A stretch of 64,000 bases of DNA from Eledone cirrhosa (Eukaryota), in NCBI GenBank assembly GCA_964016885.1, contig OZ024760.1, forward strand, positions 33,604,001-33,668,000. The letters are read 5' to 3'. Below the pieces are notes generated by a model, which did no database searches, had not been told where the DNA came from, and saw only the letters and a list, made by a program, of their open reading frames with translations. Within the stretch, counting starts at the first letter, position 1; each line of letters opens with the position of its first letter. Made by a program: the position numbers and the translations under genes. Of the stretch, positions 1-64,000 are shown in pieces.

Positions 1-3000
1 TGTGTTGTATGGGTGTAGATGTTGGCAATAAATAGATCTGGTGTGTTGTAGGGGTGTAGATGTTGGCAATAAATAGATCTGGTGTGTTGTAGGGGTGTAG
101 ATGTTGGCAATAAATAGATCTGGTGTGTCGTAGGGGTGTAGATGTTGGCAATAAATACATCTGGTGTGTTGGAGGGTGTAGATGTTGGCAATAAATAGAT
201 CTGGTGTGTTGTATGGGTGTAGATGTTGGCAATAAATAGATCTGGTGTGTTGTATGGGTGTAGATGTTGGCAATAAATAGATCTGGTGTGTTGTATGGGT
301 GTAGATGTTGGCAATAAATACATCTGGTGTGTCGTATGGGTGTAGATGTTGGCAATAAATACATCTGGTGTGTCGTATGGGTGTAGATGTTGGCAATAAA
401 TAGATCTGGTGTGTTGTAGGGGTGTAGATGTTGGCAATAAATAGATCTGGTGTGTTGTATGGGTGTAGATGTTGGCAATAAATACATCTGGTGTGTCGTA
501 TGGGTGTAGATGTTGGCAATAAATAGATCTGGTGTGTTGTATGGGTGTAGATGTTGGCAATAAATAGATCTGGTTTGTTGTATGGGTGTAAATGTTGGCA
601 ATAAATAGATCTGGTGTGTTGTATGGGTGTAGATGTTGGCAATAAATACATCTGGTGTGTCGTATGGGTGTAGATGTTGGCAATAAATAAATCTGGTTTG
701 TTGTATGGGTGTAAATGTTGGCAATAAATAGATCTGGTGTGTTGTATGGGTGTAGATGTTGGCAATAAATAGATCTGGTATGTTGTATGGGTGTAGATGT
801 TGGCAATAAATACATCTGGTGTGTCGTATGGGTGTAGATGTTGGCAATAAATACATCTGGTGTGTCGTATGGGTGTAGATGTTGGCAATAAATAGATCTG
901 GTATGTTGTATGGGTGTAAATGTTGGCAATAAATAGATCTGGTGTGTTGTAGGGTGTAGATGTTGGCAATAAATAGATCTGGTGTGTTGTATGGGTGTAG
1001 ATGTTGGCAATAAATAGATCTGGTGTGTTGTATGGGTGTAGATGTTGGCAATAAATAGATCTGGTGTGTTGTAGGGTGTAGATGTTGGCAATAAATAGAT
1101 CTGGTGTGTTGTATGGGTGTAAATGTTGGCAATAAATAGATCTGGTGTGTTGTAGGGTGTAGATGTTGGCAATAAATAGATCTGGTGTGTTGTATGGGTG
1201 TAAATGTTGGCAATAAATAGATCTGGTGTGTTGTAGGGTGTAGATGTTGGCAATAAATAGATCTGGTGTGTTGTATGGGTGTAGATGTTGGCAATAAATA
1301 CATCTGGTGTGTCGTATGGGTGTAGATGTTGGCAATAAATAGATCTAGTATGTTGTATGGGTGTAAATGTTGGCAATAAATAGATCTGGTGTGTTGTAGG
1401 GTGTAGATGTTGGCAATAAATAGATCTGGTGTGTTGTATGGGTGTAGATGTTGGCAATAAATAGATCTGGTGTGTTGTATGGGTGTAGATGTTGGCAATA
1501 TATAGATCTGGTGTGTTGTAGGGTGTAGATGTTGGCAATAAATAGATCTGGTGTGTTGTATGGGTGTAAATGTTGGCAATAAATAGATCTGGTGTGTTGT
1601 AGGGTGTAGATGTTGGCAATAAATAGATCTGGTGTGTTGTATGGATGTAAATGTTGGCAATAAATAGATCTGGTGTGTTGTAGGGTGTAGATGTTGGCTA
1701 TAAATAGATCTGGTGTGTTGTAGGGGTGTAGATGTTGGCAATAAATAGATCTGGTGTGCTGTATGGGTGTAGATATTGGCAATAAATAGATCTGGTGTGT
1801 TGTAGGGGCGTAGATCTTGGCAATAAATAGATCTGGTGTGTTGTATGGGTGTAGATGTTGGCAATAAATAGATCTGGTGTGTTGTAGGGGTGTAGATGTT
1901 GGCAATAAATAGATCTGGTGTGTTGTAGGGGTGTAGATGTTGGCAATAAATAGATCTGGTGTGTCGTAGGGGTGTAGATGTTGGCAATAAATACATCTGG
2001 TGTGTTGGAGGGTGTAGATGTTGGCAATAAATAGATCTGGTGTGTTGTATGGGTGTAGATGTTGGCAATAAATAGATCTGGTGTGTTGTATGGGTGTAGA
2101 TGTTGGCAATAAATAGATCTGGTGTGTTGTATGGGTGTAGATGTTGGCAATAAATACATCTGGTGTGTCGTATGGGTGTAGATGTTGGCAATAAATACAT
2201 CTGGTGTGTCGTATGGGTGTAGATGTTGGCAATAAATAGATCTGGTGTGTTGTAGGGGTGTAGATGTTGGCAATAAATAGATCTGGTGTGTTGTATGGGT
2301 GTAGATGTTGGCAATAAATACATCTGGTGTGTCGTATGGGTGTAGATGTTGGCAATAAATAGATCTGGTGTGTTGTATGGGTGTAGATGTTGGCAATAAA
2401 TAGATCTGGTTTGTTGTATGGGTGTAAATGTTGGCAATAAATAGATCTGGTGTGTTGTATGGGTGTAGATGTTGGCAATAAATACATCTGGTGTGTTGTA
2501 TGGGTGTAGATGTTGGCAATAAATACATCTGGTGTGCCGTATGGGTGTAAATGTTGGCAATAAATACATCTGGTGTGTTGTATGGGTGTAGATGTTGGCA
2601 ATAAATACATCTGGTGTGTTGTATGGGTGTAGATGTTGGCAATAAATAGATCTGGTGTGTTGTAGGGTGTAGATGTTGGCAATAAATAGATCTGGTGTGT
2701 TGTATGGGTGTAGATGTTGGCAATAAATAGATCTGGTGTGTTGTATGGGTGTAGATGTTGGCAATAAATAGATCTGGTGTGTTGTAGGGTGTAGATGTTG
2801 GCAATAATTAGATCTGGTGTGTTGTATGGGTGTAAATGTTGGCAATAAATAGATCTGGTGTGTTGTAGGGTGTAGATGTTGGCAATAAATAGATCTGGTG
2901 TGTTGTATGGGTGTAAATGTTGGCAATAAATAGATCTGGTGTGTTGTAGGGTGTAGATGTTGGCAATAAATAGATCTGGTGTGTTGTATGGGTGTAAATG

Positions 3001-6000
3001 TTGGCAATAAATAGATCTGGTGTGTTGTAGGGTGTAGATGTTGGCTATAAATAGATCTGGTGTGTTGTAGGGGTGTAGATGTTGGCAATAAATAGATCTG
3101 GTGTGTTGTATGGGTGTAGATATTGGCAATAAATAGATCTGGTGTGTTGTAGGGGCGCAGATCTTGGCAATAAATAGATCTGGTGTGTTGTATGGGTGTA
3201 GATGTTGGCAATAAATAGATCTGGTGTGTTGTAGGGGTGTAGATGTTGGCAATAAATAGATCTGGTGTGTTGTAGGGGTGTAGATGTTGGCAATAAATAG
3301 ATCTGGTGTGTCGTAGGGGTGTAGATGTTGGCAATAAATACATCTGGTGTGTTGTAGGGTGTAGATGTTGGCAATAAATAGATCTGGTGTGTTGTATGGG
3401 TGTAGATGTTGGCAATAAATAGATCTGGTGTGTTGTATGGGTGTAGATGTTGGCAATAAATAGATCTGGTGTGTTGTATGGGTGTAGATATTGGCAATAA
3501 ATAGATCTGGTGTGTTGTATGGGTGTAGATGTTGGCAATAAATAGATCTGGTGTGTTGTAGGGGTGTAGATGTTGGCAATAAATAGATCTGGTGTGTTGT
3601 AGGGGTGTAGATGTTGGCAATAAATACATCTGGTGTGTCGTATGGGTGTAGATGTTGGCAATAAATACATCTGGTGTGTCGTATGGGTGTAGATGTTGGC
3701 AATAAATAGATCTGGTGTGTTGTAGGGGTGTAGATGTTGGCAATAAATAGATCTGGTGTGTTGTATGGGTGTAGATGTTGGCAATAAATACATCTGGTGT
3801 GTCGTATGGGTGTAGATGTTGGCAATAAATAGATCTGGTGTGTTGTATGGGTGTAGATGTTGGCAATAAATAGATCTGGTTTGTTGTATGGGTGTAAATG
3901 TTGGCAATAAATAGATCTGGTGTGTTGTATGGGTGTAGATGTTGGCAATAAATACATCTGGTGTGTTGTATGGGTGTAAATGTCGGCAATAAATAGATCT
4001 GGTGTGTTGTAGGGTGTAGATGTTGGCAATAAATAGATCTGGTGTGTTGTATGGGTGTAAATGTTGGCAATAAATAGATCTGGTGTGTTGTATGGGTGTA
4101 GATGTTGGCAATAAATACATCTGGTTTGTTGTATGGGTGTAGATGTTGGCAATAAATAGATCTGGTGTGTTGTATGGGTGTAGATGTTGGCAATAAATAC
4201 ATCTGGTGTGTCGTATGGGTGTAGATGTTGGCAATAAATAGATCTAGTGTGTTGTAGGGGTGTAGATGTTGGCAATAAATACATCTGGTGTGTCCTATGA
4301 GTGTAAATGTTGGCAATCAATAGATCTGGTGTGTTGTAGGGTGTAGATGTTGGCAATAAATAGATCTGATGTATCGTATGGGTGTAGATGTTGGCAATAA
4401 ATACATCTGATGTGTTGTATGGGGTAGATGTTGGCAATAAATACATCTGATGTGTCGTGTGGGTGTAGATGTTGGCAATAAATAGATCTGATGTGTTGTA
4501 GGGGTGTAGATGTTGGCAATAAATACGTCTGGTGTCATATGGGTGTAGATGTTGGCAATAAATACATCTAGTGTGTCGTATGGGTGTAGATGTTGGCAAT
4601 AAATAGATCTGGTTTGTTGTATGGGTGTAAATGTTGGCAATAAATAGATCTGGTGTGTTGTAGGGTGTAGATGTTGGCAATAAATACATCTGGTGTGTCG
4701 TATGGGTGTAGATGTTGACAATAAATACATCTGGTGTGTCGTATGGGTGTAGATGTTGGCAATAAATAAATCTGGTTTGTTGTATGGGTGTAAATGTTGG
4801 CAATAAATAGATCTGGTGTGTTGTATGGGTGTAGATGTTGGCAATAAATAGATCTGGTATGTTGTATGGGTGTAGATGTTGGCAATAAATACATCTGGTG
4901 TGTCGTATGGGTGTAGATGTTGGCAATAAATACATCTGGTGTGTCGTATGGGTGTAGATGTTGGCAATAAATAGATCTGGTATGTTGTATGGGTGTAAAT
5001 GTTGGCAATAAATAGATCTGGTGTGTTGTAGGGTGTAGATGTTGGCAATAAATAGATCTGGTGTGTTGTATGGGTGTAGATGTTGGCAATAAATAGATCT
5101 GGTGTGTTGTATGGGTGTAGATGTTGGCAATAAATAGATCTGGTGTGTTGTAGGGTGTAGATGTTGGCAATAAATAGATCTGGTGTGTTGTATGGGTGTA
5201 AATGTTGGCAATAAATAGATCTGGTGTGTTGTAGGGTGTAGATGTTGGCAATAAATAGATCTGGTGTGTTGTATGGGTGTAAATGTTGGCAATAAATAGA
5301 TCTGGTGTGTTGTAGGGTGTAGATGTTGGCAATAAATAGATCTGGTGTGTTGTATGGGTGTAGATGTTGGCAATAAATACATCTGGTGTGTCGTATGGGT
5401 GTAGATGTTGGCAATAAATAGATCTAGTATGTTGTATGGGTGTAAATGTTGGCAATAAATAGATCTGGTGTGTTGTAGGGTGTAGATGTTGGCAATAAAT
5501 AGATCTGGTGTGTTGTATGGGTGTAGATGTTGGCAATAAATAGATCTGGTGTGTTGTATGGGTGTAGATGTTGGCAATATATAGATCTGGTGTGTTGTAG
5601 GGTGTAGATGTTGGCAATAAATAGATCTGGTGTGTTGTATGGGTGTAAATGTTGGCAATAAATAGATCTGGTGTGTTGTAGGGTGTAGATGTTGGCAATA
5701 AATAGATCTGGTGTGTTGTATGGGTGTAAATGTTGGCAATAAATAGATCTGGTGTGTTGTAGGGTGTAGATGTTGGCTATAAATAGATCTGGTGTGTTGT
5801 AGGGGTGTAGATGTTGGCAATAAATAGATCTGGTGTGCTGTATGGGTGTAGATATTGGCAATAAATAGATCTGGTGTGTTGTAGGGGCGTAGATCTTGGC
5901 AATAAATAGATCTGGTGTGTTGTATGGGTGTAGATGTTGGCAATAAATAGATCTGGTGTGTTGTAGGGGTGTAGATGTTGGCAATAAATAGATCTGGTGT

Positions 6001-7001
6001 GTTGTAGGGGTGTAGATGTTGGCAATAAATAGATCTGGTGTGTCGTAGGGGTGTAGATGTTGGCAATAAATACATCTGGTGTGTTGGAGGGTGTAGATGT
6101 TGGCAATAAATAGATCTGGTGTGTTGTATGGGTGTAGATGTTGGCAATAAATAGATCTGGTGTGTTGTATGGGTGTAGATGTTGGCAATAAATAGATCTG
6201 GTGTGTTGTATGGGTGTAGATGTTGGCAATAAATACATCTGGTGTGTCGTATGGGTGTAGATGTTGGCAATAAATACATCTGGTGTGTCGTATGGGTGTA
6301 GATGTTGGCAATAAATAGATCTGGTGTGTTGTAGGGGTGTAGATGTTGGCAATAAATAGATCTGGTGTGTTGTATGGGTGTAGATGTTGGCAATAAATAC
6401 ATCTGGTGTGTCGTATGGGTGTAGATGTTGGCAATAAATAGATCTGGTGTGTTGTATGGGTGTAGATGTTGGCAATAAATAGATCTGGTTTGTTGTATGG
6501 GTGTAAATGTTGGCAATAAATAGATCTGGTGTGTTGTATGGGTGTAGATGTTGGCAATAAATACATCTGGTGTGTTGTATGGGTGTAGATGTTGGCAATA
6601 AATACATCTGGTGTGCCGTATGGGTGTAAATGTTGGCAATAAATACATCTGGTGTGTTGTATGGGTGTAGATGTTGGCAATAAATACATCTGGTGTGTTG
6701 TATGGGTGTAGATGTTGGCAATAAATACATCTGGTGTGTTGTAGGGTGTAGATGTTGGCAATAAATAGATCTGGTGTGTTGTATGGGTGTAGATGTTGGC
6801 AATAAATACATCTGGTGTGTCGTATGGGTGTAAATGTTGGCAATAAATAGATCTGATATGTCGTATGGGTGTAGATGTTGGCAATAAATACATCTGGTGT
6901 GTCGTATGGGTGTAGATGTTGGCAATAAATACATCTGGTGTGTTGTATGGGTGTAGATGTTGGCAATAAATACATCTGGTGTGTCGTATGGGTGTAGATG
7001 T
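1..7001. repeat. 40-bp minisatellite array (about 175 units, runs off the window start)
   Basis: Unit TGTGTTGTATGGGTGTAGATGTTGGCAATAAATAGATCTGG-like, with 39-bp variants. Confidence 0.98.
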
Positions 7002-7133
7002 ACGTAGTATTGAAAAAATTATAATATATATAGAAAGACAAAATGAAAAAATTAAAGACATTTTATATGTCTTACACGTGTTTCAATAAGAAAATGTAAT
7101 TGCATGTGTTTAGAGGTATGGAAAGTTACTCAC

Positions 7134-62924
<55,791 letters not shown>

Positions 62925-63243
62925 CTGATAAAGTAAAAGGTTTGGAAAATATGAAAATAAAGAAGAAGGCAAAGAAAGCAAAGAAGAAGAAGAAGAAAAC
63001 AGAAAAGAAGAAGAAGCTTACTTTGACAATGTTGGCTGATATTCCATCGTCCTCCAATTAAGCAGGTGATAACCAGGTGGGTAACGTCAGCATTGGTCTG
63101 GTTAAAGGAATAGCCAGGATTACAGCTAGCGTTGACTACACTACCAAATTCTGTGGCACTCTCCTGGGCAGTGGAGGATCCCAGCTTGGTGAGTAATGTG
63201 TTTTCTAGTGTCAGGCAATCTATAATGAAAATAAAGGAGTATA

Positions 63244-63311
<68 letters not shown>

Positions 63312-63789
63312 GAGAAGAAAGAAGAATACTGCGTGGTTGCACATAGGTTACATATGATAAAAATAGTCCTTCGTCAGTGATTTTCCAACCATCATTGGTA
63401 TTTCATCGCATTATATATATATAGTGAAAAGATAACTAGGACGATTGGTTACTCCTCCTTCATTACATTTATTGGTTGGTGACGCGCGTTTCGACACTGA
63501 TCAGCTCAAGGTTCGATCTGTATCGATATTACCCGACTCTGTAATCTGCAGCTCGACGGACTCCTTGAAATGCTAATAGAAATCTGTGTGTGTGTGTGTA
63601 TATATATAAATGTGTGTGTGTTCAGATCTAGCTGTCAAAACAGCCGGAGCTCAGCCGTTGGGGTCCTGAATCTTTTCATATATACAGTATATATCTATAT
63701 ATATATCTCTACGGTTCTTATATATTTGATATATATTTATCCTTATCGAGCCCTCTTTGGATTTTAGTCTTCAAATTTATTATTATTAC

Positions 63790-63919
<130 letters not shown>

Positions 63920-64000
63920 TTAAACAGCTAGATAAATAGATAGACAGACCGAGAGATGGATATGCAGACAAACAGACAGACACATTTTTTTACCTGCTGC

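Noticed and set aside
1345-7041. 1898-aa ORF and overlapping ORFs as a real repetitive protein
   Set aside because: They are translations of a 40/39-bp minisatellite; unit length is not a multiple of 3, all frames give the same cycling peptide, and indels are unconstrained.

Overview
AT-rich animal genomic DNA. The SINE/RTE/microsatellite content suggests an octopod cephalopod (inference). The whole window lies inside one minus-strand gene, with neither end in the window. I traced by eye 25 GT-AG exons with compatible phases (about 4.4 kb CDS, about 1470 aa). They encode an extracellular mosaic protein of SVEP1/uninflatable-like architecture: Sushi/CCP, calcium-binding EGF, HYR, ephrin-receptor-like cysteine repeats, EGF repeats and one PAN/apple exon. 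The introns hold five large mini/microsatellite arrays (40, about 73, 92, 14 and 54 bp units) next to exons, four RTE-clade LINEs (one with an uninterrupted 1022-aa ORF), tRNA-derived SINEs, MITEs and a Penelope-like GIY-YIG remnant between about 600-bp inverted arms. The most striking signal is a set of intronic fold-back elements sitting in (TA)n tracts that carry hammerhead-ribozyme motifs (CUGANGA...GAAA...NUH with pairable stems). One, on the host sense strand at 39395-39476, has a complete core, and one family shows stem II sequence turnover with pairing retained. Most long ORFs in the track are repeat artefacts. All coordinates and foldings were read manually.
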